NCBI GenBank assembly: GCA_963665295.1
Contig: OY762209.1
Location: 3,072,001-3,136,000 of the forward strand
Source of the DNA: Syntrophorhabdaceae bacterium
Lineage (GTDB): Bacteria; Desulfobacterota; Syntrophorhabdia; Syntrophorhabdales; Syntrophorhabdaceae
Direction: 5' to 3'
DNA length: 64,000 bases
Both the position numbers and the translations under genes were made by a program. The notes under the pieces are model-generated. The model was given only the letters and a program-made list of their open reading frames with translations. It made no database searches and had not been told where the DNA came from. Shown piece after piece: positions 1 to 9,248 of the stretch; the stretch's first letter is position 1, and each line of letters starts with the position of its first letter.

Positions 1-2
1 TC

Positions 3-1046
3 ATGCTGGAAAAGGAAGGCGGAAAGGATGAGGCTGATCTGATCCCCTGCCTTCACCGTTTGGGCAGTGCGTGTCTCGAACAGGGCAAATACGCCGAGGC
101 AGAGGTGTATTTCCTCAGGGCCCTCGACATAAGCGAGACGCAGCAGGAAAGCGCCGCGAGGGCGGCATCGCTCGAGAGGCTGGGCGTGGCCCGGACCTTT
201 CTCGGTAAGTATGTCGAGGCGGAGCAGGTCCTCACACAGGCCCTGGAATTAGCGAAGAAGGTATCCGGCGCCAATCACCCGGATGTGGCGCAGGTGATGA
301 GCAGCCTCGCAGGACTGTATTTCAGTCAAAGTTGGCTCGATGCGGCCATGGGCTATTACAAGAGCGCCCTTTCGATCAGAAAGAAGTCCCTGGGCACCAA
401 TTCGCTTCCTGCCGCGGAATCCCGCTACGACGTAGGACGTGTCTATGTTGTCCGGCGTTCATTCGACAGGGCGGAGCCGCCCCTCGAACGAGCCCTGGAA
501 ATCCAGCAAAAGCTCCTCAGCCCCGAGCACCCTTTTGTGGAGAGGACCATAGACGAGTTGGGCAGTGTCTACTACTACCTCGGCAAGTACGAAGAGGCGA
601 GGCTCCTTTTTGAACGTTCCCTGGCCATGAAGGAGAAGAAGCTCGGGCCGGACCACCACGGCGTGGCCTTGATTCTGGGGAATGTGGGCCATGCATATTA
701 TTACGGAAACAAGTTCGCCAAGGCGGAGGGTTTCTACAAACGCGCCCTTTCCATAGTGGAAAAGGTTATGGGGCCGGACCATCCTGAAGTGGCCTTGAGG
801 GCGGGGAGTCTGGCGGCGGCCTGTTTTTCACAGGGAAAATACCCGGAAGCGGAAGAATTGTGCAAGCGGTCCCTCAGGATCCTGGAGGCGGCAGCGGAAC
901 CCGACTTCGCCAATCTGGCGAATCTTTACAACCTGATCGCACAGGTATACAAGCATATGAAAAGAAAGGACGAAGCCAGACTATATGCCGATCAGGCGAA
1001 GGCTTTGCATCGGAAGCTGGAGGCGGAGATCGCACTGAGAGGGTAG
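3..1046 (+). CDS. Tetratricopeptide repeat protein (kinesin-light-chain-like ~42-aa TPRs); may be 5'-truncated by the window edge
   Basis: Repeated LG..Y..QGKY.EAE....RAL.I.EK.LGP.HP.VA units through the whole ORF. Confidence 0.9.
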   Translation: MLEKEGGKDEADLIPCLHRLGSACLEQGKYAEAEVYFLRALDISETQQESAARAASLERLGVARTFLGKYVEAEQVLTQALELAKKVSGANHPDVAQVMSSLAGLYFSQSWLDAAMGYYKSALSIRKKSLGTNSLPAAESRYDVGRVYVVRRSFDRAEPPLERALEIQQKLLSPEHPFVERTIDELGSVYYYLGKYEEARLLFERSLAMKEKKLGPDHHGVALILGNVGHAYYYGNKFAKAEGFYKRALSIVEKVMGPDHPEVALRAGSLAAACFSQGKYPEAEELCKRSLRILEAAAEPDFANLANLYNLIAQVYKHMKRKDEARLYADQAKALHRKLEAEIALRG

Positions 1047-1088
1047 ATCGGCAGTCGTTGTCCTTGCTGGGACCGGCCGCACGGAACC

Positions 1089-3566
1089 TTAATTATATTT
1101 TTTTCGCTTTTCCTCATACATGAGCATGTCCGCTGCCGCGAGCAGGTCGTCCAGGGAAAGGGGCCTGGCCGGGTCAAAGTGGGCCATGCCCACGCTGAGA
1201 GAGAGACTGTAGGGTCTGCGGTGAGATTTATCGAGGGCGGTGAACTCGCCTTTCAGACGCGCAAGGAGTGTGGTCCCCTTTTCTACGGAGGCGTCTATGG
1301 CGAGAACCGCGAATTCGTCGCCGCCCATCCGGCCGATCAGGTCCGATTCCCGGAAGGTTGCCTTCAGAATACGCGCGGTGTCCGCGAGCGCCTTGTCTCC
1401 TTCATTGTGACCCAGGGTATCATTGATCCATTTCATATGGTCGAGGTCGGCGAAAAAGAGGAGCATGTCCTTCTTTGCTCTTTCCGCCAGCTTGAACTGC
1501 TTCTGGGCCAGGGTTATGAAGCCGCGTCTATTGTAAAGCCCCGTGAGTTCATCCATTATCGACATTGCCTCCAGCCTCTCCTCGAGCTGTTTGCGCGCCG
1601 TAATATCCCTGAAATATGCGAGAATGACAGGACCGCCGAGATATATGGTTTTTGCTGCGGAGACTTCGACGATAATGGTCTCGCCATTTTTGCGTATCCC
1701 CTTGAATTCATATTTTGAGGGGGCGGAGGTCCCGGTTTGTCTCCTGCGGTTGTATTCCATGACCATGTTCCGGTCATCCGGGTGAACCGTGAGGGCAATC
1801 GATTTTCCCACCGCATCTTCAGGCCTGTCGTAGCCGAAGATCTCCAGGAATTTCCGGTTCACGTAGATGTGCCGGCCACGGCTTACGAGGGAAACCCCGT
1901 CGTTGGAGTATTCTATGGCAGTGCGATAACGTTCTTCCGATTCGAGCAGCCTCCTTTCTGCTTCCTTGCGCTCCGTAATATCCAGTAAAGTCCCGATGAG
2001 GGCCGGTCCCCCCTCGTAGGTGGTGCGGGAACCGTGGACCTCTACGTTTCTCGTGACCCGGTCTCCCGTAAATATCCTGAATTCGAGGTTGAGGGTTTCT
2101 TCACCTCCCGATATGCGTTTCCGGACATTTTCCTCCACCGAAGGTAAATCCTGCGGATGAACCAGGTCTCTCAACCCTTTCCTGTCGATCAGTTCATCGA
2201 CAGAATAGCCGAATATCTCCGCACACCGTGAGTTGAGGTATTTGAAAACTCCGTCCTGTACCACGTAGACGCCGACCGTTGATTTTTCAACGAGGTTCCT
2301 GAACTTGCTTTCCGATTCGCGAAGGGCCTGTTCCGTCAATTCCTGCTCTGTCACGTCTATTCCCACACCGAAAAAATAGTCGGTCCCTCCGTGATCATCG
2401 AGTATCTTGCTGCTGTGCCATTCTACCGTCAGCATCCGGCCGTCCCTGGTCAGCACCCGGCTCTGGCTTACTGTGGGACCGTCCGACTCGAGGAGGTCCT
2501 GAAAAGCCCTGGAGACCATTTCCCTGTCCGGCTCGGCGACAAAAAGAGAAAGATAGTCCGTCCCGACCACTTCATCCATGGTGTAGCCGAGGGCGTGGAG
2601 CATGGACTCGTTCATAAGCCGGGTCTTGCCTCCAGGCGATAAGGCGACAAAAAACGCCGGCGAGGCCTGTATGAGACTCCTGTTGAACTCCGTCTCTTTG
2701 CGCAGACCGGCCTCGGCAAGCTTGGACTTGGTGGTATTCTCACACGTCCCTTCGTAGTAGGCTATGGCGCCGCTACTGTCACGGACCGCCCGGGCATTCA
2801 TGGAAACCCAGAGCCTGTCCCCATTTCTGGCGCGTATCTCCGCCTCGAACCCCTCCACAAAACCCTGTTTCTCGTACAACTCCTTGAGCCTCGCCCGGTC
2901 CCCGGGGTCCACGTACATCTGTTTTGCTATATCGGTGATGTGTGCCAGCAGGTCTTCCGGGCGCTCAAACCCGTACATCCTCGCGAGGGCCGGGTTAGCG
3001 CTGAGAAACCTCCCGTCCGGGGTGCTTTGAAAGATGCCCTCCACCGCGTTTTCGAAAATACTGCGATACTTTTCCTCACTTTCCCTGAGTGCTTTCTCTG
3101 TCTGCCTTTGTTCGGTAATGTCCGCGGCAAAGATGGCAAGGCTTGTGATCTCTCCTTCTTCATTAAAAACAGGGTAGCAGTAATCCTCGTAGATTCTTCC
3201 CGCCCTCACGGATTCGGAACGGATTCCCTTGCCGGTGGCGGCGACCAACTCGTAATGTTCTCTTCTGGACCGTGCGAGTTCCGGGGGGAAATGATCGTAT
3301 ATGCAGGAACCTATGAGGTCCTGTACGGTTGTCCGCAATCTTCGGGCAACTATCTCGTTTGCGAGGATGACCTTGCCGGTTGTGCCGATCAGTATCAGCG
3401 TCTCCTGGGTCGCATTGATGAGTGCCCACAGCGCTTCCTCGTTCCCGCTCGGTGTTCTTTTGCTGCCCGCGCACTTCCCCAGTGATCCTTCGAAGTCGGC
3501 GAGCCTGTGGCGAAGCCCCTCCAGTTCGCGAATCAGTTGTTGCTTTGTCTTCTTTTCATCCCTCAT
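1089..3566 (-). CDS. Diguanylate cyclase with five PAS domains
   Basis: C-terminal DELTGLYNRR...RESD-LIGRM-GGDEF (intact active site and RxxD I-site); five PAS/PAC units ending in DIT/DVT-like motifs; start taken at MRDEKK (ORF extends to 3656). Confidence 0.92.
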   Translation of the reverse strand: MRDEKKTKQQLIRELEGLRHRLADFEGSLGKCAGSKRTPSGNEEALWALINATQETLILIGTTGKVILANEIVARRLRTTVQDLIGSCIYDHFPPELARSRREHYELVAATGKGIRSESVRAGRIYEDYCYPVFNEEGEITSLAIFAADITEQRQTEKALRESEEKYRSIFENAVEGIFQSTPDGRFLSANPALARMYGFERPEDLLAHITDIAKQMYVDPGDRARLKELYEKQGFVEGFEAEIRARNGDRLWVSMNARAVRDSSGAIAYYEGTCENTTKSKLAEAGLRKETEFNRSLIQASPAFFVALSPGGKTRLMNESMLHALGYTMDEVVGTDYLSLFVAEPDREMVSRAFQDLLESDGPTVSQSRVLTRDGRMLTVEWHSSKILDDHGGTDYFFGVGIDVTEQELTEQALRESESKFRNLVEKSTVGVYVVQDGVFKYLNSRCAEIFGYSVDELIDRKGLRDLVHPQDLPSVEENVRKRISGGEETLNLEFRIFTGDRVTRNVEVHGSRTTYEGGPALIGTLLDITERKEAERRLLESEERYRTAIEYSNDGVSLVSRGRHIYVNRKFLEIFGYDRPEDAVGKSIALTVHPDDRNMVMEYNRRRQTGTSAPSKYEFKGIRKNGETIIVEVSAAKTIYLGGPVILAYFRDITARKQLEERLEAMSIMDELTGLYNRRGFITLAQKQFKLAERAKKDMLLFFADLDHMKWINDTLGHNEGDKALADTARILKATFRESDLIGRMGGDEFAVLAIDASVEKGTTLLARLKGEFTALDKSHRRPYSLSLSVGMAHFDPARPLSLDDLLAAADMLMYEEKRKKYN

Positions 3567-3771
3567 GTGGAAGGCCTCGATTCTTACCGGGCTGATAGCC
3601 GTACCATATTTTAGCAGATATTGTGCTCTTTGTGGAAGAGGGTGGTGCAGCCCCATCCTGCGCGGTTACTGCTGCCAAAGGGACCATACTATGGTATAGT
3701 AGTCATATAAACAAGGCAGTAATGCCTGTGATGCCGTCCGTTTTCAAAAGCGGCATTGAAAACCTCTTGGA

Positions 3772-4929
3772 GTGATTGTGGCTCGATATAGGATAATCGC
3801 AACATCGACCTTCGGCCTTGAGTCGGTGGTCGCGCGTGAACTGAAGGCTATGGGCTATGAAGGCCTGACCGTGGACAACGGCAGGGTTTCTTTTGAAGGT
3901 GACGAGCGGGATATTGCGCGATGCAATATATGGCTCAGGACTGCGGACAGGGTCCTCATCAAGGTGGCGGAGTTCGGAGCAACGGATTTCGAGGAGTTGT
4001 TCCAGGGCACGCGGCAGGTGGAGTGGGAGGAGATGATTCCCCTCACCGGCAAGATGCACATTGTTGGAAAGTCGATAAAATCGCAACTTTTCAGTGTCAA
4101 GGACTGCCAGGCGATTGTAAAGAAGGCAGTCGTGGAAGCCATGAAGCGGAAATACCGGACGGACTGGTTCGAAGAATCGGGGCCCGTATATAAGATCGAG
4201 ATATCCATGCTCAAGGACGTGGCGACCCTTACCATAGACACGTCCGGCCCGGGACTCCACAAGAGAGGTTACAGAGAGAGGACCGGAGAGGCGCCCCTGA
4301 GAGAAACCCTGGCTGCCGCTCTTGTCATTTTGAGCCGCTGGAAGCCCGACAGGATACTGGCCGACCCTTTTTGCGGATCAGGGACCATTCCCATAGAAGC
4401 GGCCCTTATCGGCAGGGACATCGCTCCGGGTCTGAAGCGGTCCTTTGCGTCGGAAGAGTGGTCACAGATACCGAAAGAAATCTGGGACGAAATCCGTGAG
4501 GAGGCCCGGGGGAGGATTAACGATGAACCTTTCAGGATTCTCGCCTCGGACAGCGACGGGGAGGTAATAAGAAAGGCGAGGGAAAACGCGGATCGCGCGG
4601 GCGTGGCGGATTACGTGGCGTTTCAAAAATTGTCCGTGGAGGAATTCCGTTCGAGAAAAAGGTATGGTTGCATTGTCTGTAACCCTCCCTATGGGGAAAG
4701 GCTGGGAGAGGCGGCGGATGTGGAACAGATATACAGAACAATGGGCCGGGTATTTTCAGGCCTCGAGGAGTGGTCGTTTTTTGTATTGTCGGCACACCCC
4801 GGTTTTCAAAAGTTTTTCGGGAGAAGGGCGGACAAGAACAGGAAGATCTTTAACGGTGACATAAAGTGCTATTTCTATCAGTATCTGGGGCCTCTGCCGG
4901 GAAGGCGGCCGAGGGTCGATGGAGAATAA
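3772..4929 (+). CDS. THUMP-domain rRNA methyltransferase (RlmL/YpsC-like)
   Basis: FGLE..VARE, LHKRGYR, APLRETLAA, DPFCGSGT and NPPYG motifs. Confidence 0.9.
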   Translation: MIVARYRIIATSTFGLESVVARELKAMGYEGLTVDNGRVSFEGDERDIARCNIWLRTADRVLIKVAEFGATDFEELFQGTRQVEWEEMIPLTGKMHIVGKSIKSQLFSVKDCQAIVKKAVVEAMKRKYRTDWFEESGPVYKIEISMLKDVATLTIDTSGPGLHKRGYRERTGEAPLRETLAAALVILSRWKPDRILADPFCGSGTIPIEAALIGRDIAPGLKRSFASEEWSQIPKEIWDEIREEARGRINDEPFRILASDSDGEVIRKARENADRAGVADYVAFQKLSVEEFRSRKRYGCIVCNPPYGERLGEAADVEQIYRTMGRVFSGLEEWSFFVLSAHPGFQKFFGRRADKNRKIFNGDIKCYFYQYLGPLPGRRPRVDGE

Positions 4930-5006
4930 GGAACGTCTCCCGGGGAGTATACGCCCGCGTCCGACAGGCGGTCGCTTTCTGCCGGCCCGCGCTTCGGGCC
5001 TGCGGA

Positions 5007-5654
5007 TTAGAGACTTTCCCTGGCCTTCCGAAGGGAATGTATATGGGCGAGCCTCAAGGGTTCGGGAAACTTTCCAATCGGTGTCCATTCCAGGTACTCC
5101 ACCATCATCCTCTCTATAGTGATCCCGAAACCCTGTGAAATGAAGATGGGTCTTTTCCGTCCCTTCCCCCTGACCCCGACACCCGTGATCTTGTCATCCT
5201 GGGTTATATAGGTAAAACTGGGGTCCTGGGAAGGTATTTGCCGGTAGTCTCCCTTTGCCAGTCTTCGGGCGAGCCCGATGGTCGGTATGCGGTGGGTAAA
5301 CCCGATAACCGTAGCGAGGCCATAATTGTAAGGGTGGCATACACCGTGGCCGTTCACGAAAAGAAGGTCTATTTGCTGTCCGTAAATGATCTTCGATACT
5401 ATGGGCCCTTCTTTAAGGAAGAAGAGAGAACTTACGTAAGGCCCCCTGGATATGCCCGTCTCGGTCTTTACGTCGAGCAGCTTTCCATCCCTGAATGTAA
5501 CGAGGGCGGAGAAGTACCGGTCGTCCTTGTAGGTCACATCAACCCCGGACACCACCGCCGTTTTTTTGTTTTCGTATTCCCCTTCCACCATCTTCCAGAG
5601 GGCGTATATAGGGTATATGCCGAGGTCTCCGCTCATGCGCTCCCGATACATCAT
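5007..5654 (-). CDS. nfi: Endonuclease V family protein (one catalytic Asp replaced by Asn)
   Basis: GVDVTY, PYVSSLFFLKEGP, VNGHGVCHP...GLA, PTIGLA, PIFISQG, PEPLRLAH motifs. Confidence 0.8.
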   Translation of the reverse strand: MMYRERMSGDLGIYPIYALWKMVEGEYENKKTAVVSGVDVTYKDDRYFSALVTFRDGKLLDVKTETGISRGPYVSSLFFLKEGPIVSKIIYGQQIDLLFVNGHGVCHPYNYGLATVIGFTHRIPTIGLARRLAKGDYRQIPSQDPSFTYITQDDKITGVGVRGKGRKRPIFISQGFGITIERMMVEYLEWTPIGKFPEPLRLAHIHSLRKARESL

Positions 5655-5744
5655 AATACAGCCGGGTTTCTTTGTATAACCTTTTCTTGCGCGACGCGTC
5701 CGGAGTGATGCTCTCCCTCGCCGCGCGGCGCGGAATCCGGGGAC

Positions 5745-6797
5745 TTATTTCCAGTTGTCGGTCTGGGGCTGCGGGATCTGGTAGGACATGAGTGTCTGGA
5801 TGTGCCTGTTGAAGCCGTCCTCCCCGCTCCTCTCGAGCCTTTCTATTTCGGGCCGTATCTGTTTCATCGTGTTTTCGCTCAACACGACGTCGATAGGATA
5901 ATTCATGTATGAGCTCCGTCTCAGCAGCGAGTATGCCTGTCTCTGCTCCTTTGTGAGGGCGAGGAATCTGTCTAATTCCTGGAGCATGTATGCTTTCTTT
6001 TCATCCAGATACCCGTCCACCTGCATGAGAAGGTTGGGACTGTAGTCGCCGCAGGAGAAGTAACTGTGCATCTCGTCGAGATGGGCCACCAGGAGGCGAA
6101 TTTCGGCTACCATCTCATCATCGCTCATAGGCACGAAAATGCCTTCTTCCACCATTTTGTTCATGGGCGACAGGGGATGAAGGGCGAACGTACGGACCCT
6201 GATAAAATCGGGCCGAACGAGATTAAGGAGCCTTGCGGTTTCCAGGGCATGTTCCTCACTCAGGGTACGACCCCCGACACCGGGCATTATATACTCCGAA
6301 AGGGATATCCCCGCGGCCACGACGTTCATGCCGCCCTGCACGATGTCTTCGGGAGTGATGCCCTTCTTTATCATTTTGAGCACCTTCGCGGAGCCGCTTT
6401 CCAGTCCCGCGTGGATTCTCGTCAGACCGGCTTCCCTGAGTTCCTTCAACTCCTCGACACTCTTCTTGCGGAGGGTGGGAGCCCTGGCGTAAGTAGTGAC
6501 GCGTTTGATGGAAGGGAACTTCTCCTTTAGATAGCGGAGTACCTCGAGCACATCTGCCGTGGGGAGAAGAAGGCTGTCACCGTCCTGGAGAAAGGCCGAC
6601 TCCATATGGCCATATCCGCGTAAGTCCGCTGCCATGGCGTCGATGTCCCGTTTTACCTCTTCCACCGTCCTCTTGGAGAACTTTGTCCCTTTGTAGGCGG
6701 GGCAGAAAACGCACTGGTTCCAGGGACAGTTCCTCGTTACCCTCACGAGCAGACTGTTCGCCTCGCTCGGCGGTCTGATTACTCCTTGTTCGTACAT
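5745..6797 (-). CDS. Radical SAM protein (CX4CX2C variant)
   Basis: IRPPSEA.SLL, CPWNQCVFC, GLESGS motifs. Confidence 0.85.
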   Translation of the reverse strand: MYEQGVIRPPSEANSLLVRVTRNCPWNQCVFCPAYKGTKFSKRTVEEVKRDIDAMAADLRGYGHMESAFLQDGDSLLLPTADVLEVLRYLKEKFPSIKRVTTYARAPTLRKKSVEELKELREAGLTRIHAGLESGSAKVLKMIKKGITPEDIVQGGMNVVAAGISLSEYIMPGVGGRTLSEEHALETARLLNLVRPDFIRVRTFALHPLSPMNKMVEEGIFVPMSDDEMVAEIRLLVAHLDEMHSYFSCGDYSPNLLMQVDGYLDEKKAYMLQELDRFLALTKEQRQAYSLLRRSSYMNYPIDVVLSENTMKQIRPEIERLERSGEDGFNRHIQTLMSYQIPQPQTDNWK

Positions 6798-6947
6798 GAT
6801 TGTCTCCTATGATTATATCCGTCTCCTCAAATATACCGGTTTATGGCGCGTAATTCAAGTGCGGGCGGCCAACCGTGCCTTCGTCGCAGATTGCGTGTTC
6901 ACGGGGTTTGTCGAAGGAAAGGGCCGTCCATGGTTCCGTGAGTTGCC

Positions 6948-9188
6948 TCACGAGTCCCTGTTCTCCCCTGCCGGGAGACTGAAGCTGAAGGTGCTCCCCT
7001 TTCCCCATACGCTCACAACGCCAATGTCTCCGTCCATCAACCGGACAAGCCTCTTGCATATGGAGAGCCCCAGCCCGGTCCCCTCGTATTTGCGGGTTAA
7101 ACCGCTGTCCACCTGAAGAAAGGGTTTGAAGACCTTATCGATGTCTTCATCATGAATGCCCACGCCCGTGTCCGTCACGGCGGTGATGACCGTTCCCGGA
7201 CCCGCCGAGCAAACCACGGTCACGCTTCCCTCCTCGGTAAATTTGACGGCATTACTCAAGAGGTTGAGAAGCACCTGTTCAAACCGCCGCATGTCACCTA
7301 CTATGGCGTCCACGTCCGGAGCAACGTGTATGGTCAAGGCGAGACCTTTCTTCTCGGCGAGAGGTCGGATGGCCTGCTCGACTTTTGTAATCGATGCGGG
7401 CAGACTGAACGGGGCGCGCTCGACTTGGAGCTGCCCGGCCTCTATTTTTGAAATATCGAGCACATCATTGATAAGCGACAGGAGGTGGCTTGCGCTGGCG
7501 CGTACCATGCCCAACTGTTTCTTCTGTTCTTCATTCAATTCCCCGACGAGTCCCTGCAACAGGATGCCGGTAAACCCTATGATAGAGTTGAGGGGCGTGC
7601 GAAGTTCATGGGACATGGTGGCAAGAAAGGCCGATTTCACCCTGTCAGCCGCTTCGGCAGCCTCTTTTGCCGACTTCAGTTCCGCAGTGCGTTCCTCGAC
7701 CCTGAATTCCAGTTCCGCCCTCGACCGCTCAAGGTCGACCATGGCCTTCTCCCTTTCGTTCTGGAACTTGAGCGTCATAATGCCATGGGCAATATTCCTT
7801 CCCAATTCGTCGAGAAGGGCAACTTCGGTGGAATCAAAGGCCTCGGCCTCTGCCGCATAGATGACCAGCGCGCCGAGAACCTCATCCTCAATGATGAGAG
7901 GTATGGCTATTACAGACCTGTAATCGCGGGTAAGAATCATTTCCCGCCATGTTTCGAAATTAGGATTATTGAGCAGGTCGGCGCCGACAATAGGCTTGCG
8001 TGTCCGGATAGCCGGTCCTGCCGCTCCTCTTCCATACTTATTGTCGGCCCAACTGATAGGTATCCTGTCCAGAAATCCCTCTCCGGAGCCACGAAAGGCG
8101 ACGGGGCGAACGGTTTTAGCCGGGTCGGATTCCGCCCTGCCTACCCACGCGAGGGGGTAACCTGCCGAATTGACGGCAATTTCACAGATCGCATTGAACA
8201 ACGACTGTTCGTCTTCAGCATGAACGACCGCGCTGTCGCATTGCAAGAGCATCTTGAGGGCCCGGTTTTTTTGGCTCAATGCCTTTTCTACGTCCACCCG
8301 TTCGTCGATCTCCTTCCTCAAGGCGCTGTGTATCCGCGTGAGCTGAAAGAAGAGGACGGAGCAGCTCAGGCTGAGGATGCATCCGAACAGAAGAAACACG
8401 GACTTCAGGGGGTTAAACCGCGACCATCCGTTGACAGGGAGCGCCGCTATCTGCCAGTTCCCCGACGGCAGTGTAATGCTCATAACCACGGGGTTCAGGG
8501 AGAATATCCCTCGATCGCCCCAGAATACCGTGCCGTCGTCGCCCCGAAGTGCAAAGCGGATATTCCCGTCCTCATTGCGGCCGAGTCCGGCGCTCCGGAT
8601 CAGGGTATTGAAATCGATGACCACCGAGGCTATGCCCCAATAACGCGGTCCAGGGTTTGAAGAGCGGGAATCTCTCACGAACACAGGCGTACGGCTGATT
8701 ATACCCAGACCTCCCTGCATGAGGTTCAGGGGCCCTGCGACGACTGTTTTTTTATCCCTGATGGCCTTCAATACCGCTTCGCGCTGGGCAGGATTGCGGA
8801 GATAATCGAGACCCAGAACGCGTTCATTTCCCTTCATGGGATAGACAAACCGGACGACGTTCCCGGGCGCGAGGGCTACATTTATGATCCGGGGCTCACC
8901 GGCCACGATTTCCTGCGCCACGGACTGAAACCGGGCGTCTGTGATACCGTCCTGGATCTTCACCAGGGCAACGAGTCCCTGCGAAAGATGGATGAGGGAA
9001 TCAAGCTGCCGGCTGATTTCTCCCCGCGCCTCGTCCAACCTCACAGAGACGGCCATGCGCTCGCGGCCGACATCGGCCCTATGGTGTAACAGGGCAAACC
9101 GGTAGCTGAGGAACAGCCCGGTCAGGAGTATTAACAAAGAGAGAGGAGCAGCGATATATTTCTCTTCAAAAGGACGCTTCGTTTTCAT
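6948..9188 (-). CDS. CHASE-GAF sensor histidine kinase
   Basis: Two TM segments flanking a CHASE domain (GLDY, VAGPLNLMQGG); GAF; H-box SHELRTPL, N-box NLLSNAVKFT, G-boxes DTGVG and GTGLGL. Confidence 0.92.
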   Translation of the reverse strand: MKTKRPFEEKYIAAPLSLLILLTGLFLSYRFALLHHRADVGRERMAVSVRLDEARGEISRQLDSLIHLSQGLVALVKIQDGITDARFQSVAQEIVAGEPRIINVALAPGNVVRFVYPMKGNERVLGLDYLRNPAQREAVLKAIRDKKTVVAGPLNLMQGGLGIISRTPVFVRDSRSSNPGPRYWGIASVVIDFNTLIRSAGLGRNEDGNIRFALRGDDGTVFWGDRGIFSLNPVVMSITLPSGNWQIAALPVNGWSRFNPLKSVFLLFGCILSLSCSVLFFQLTRIHSALRKEIDERVDVEKALSQKNRALKMLLQCDSAVVHAEDEQSLFNAICEIAVNSAGYPLAWVGRAESDPAKTVRPVAFRGSGEGFLDRIPISWADNKYGRGAAGPAIRTRKPIVGADLLNNPNFETWREMILTRDYRSVIAIPLIIEDEVLGALVIYAAEAEAFDSTEVALLDELGRNIAHGIMTLKFQNEREKAMVDLERSRAELEFRVEERTAELKSAKEAAEAADRVKSAFLATMSHELRTPLNSIIGFTGILLQGLVGELNEEQKKQLGMVRASASHLLSLINDVLDISKIEAGQLQVERAPFSLPASITKVEQAIRPLAEKKGLALTIHVAPDVDAIVGDMRRFEQVLLNLLSNAVKFTEEGSVTVVCSAGPGTVITAVTDTGVGIHDEDIDKVFKPFLQVDSGLTRKYEGTGLGLSICKRLVRLMDGDIGVVSVWGKGSTFSFSLPAGENRDS

Positions 9189-9248
9189 AAGGGCATCACA
9201 TCCTCTTCTGTGATGCGGACAAGGCGAGTCGCAGGCGGGTGGCGGACA

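Noticed and set aside
3..1046. Periodic sequence similarity that could suggest a DNA repeat array
   Set aside because: Explained by protein-level TPR repeats; no identical DNA repeats with spacers. I saw no CRISPR array, tRNA or rRNA anywhere in the window.
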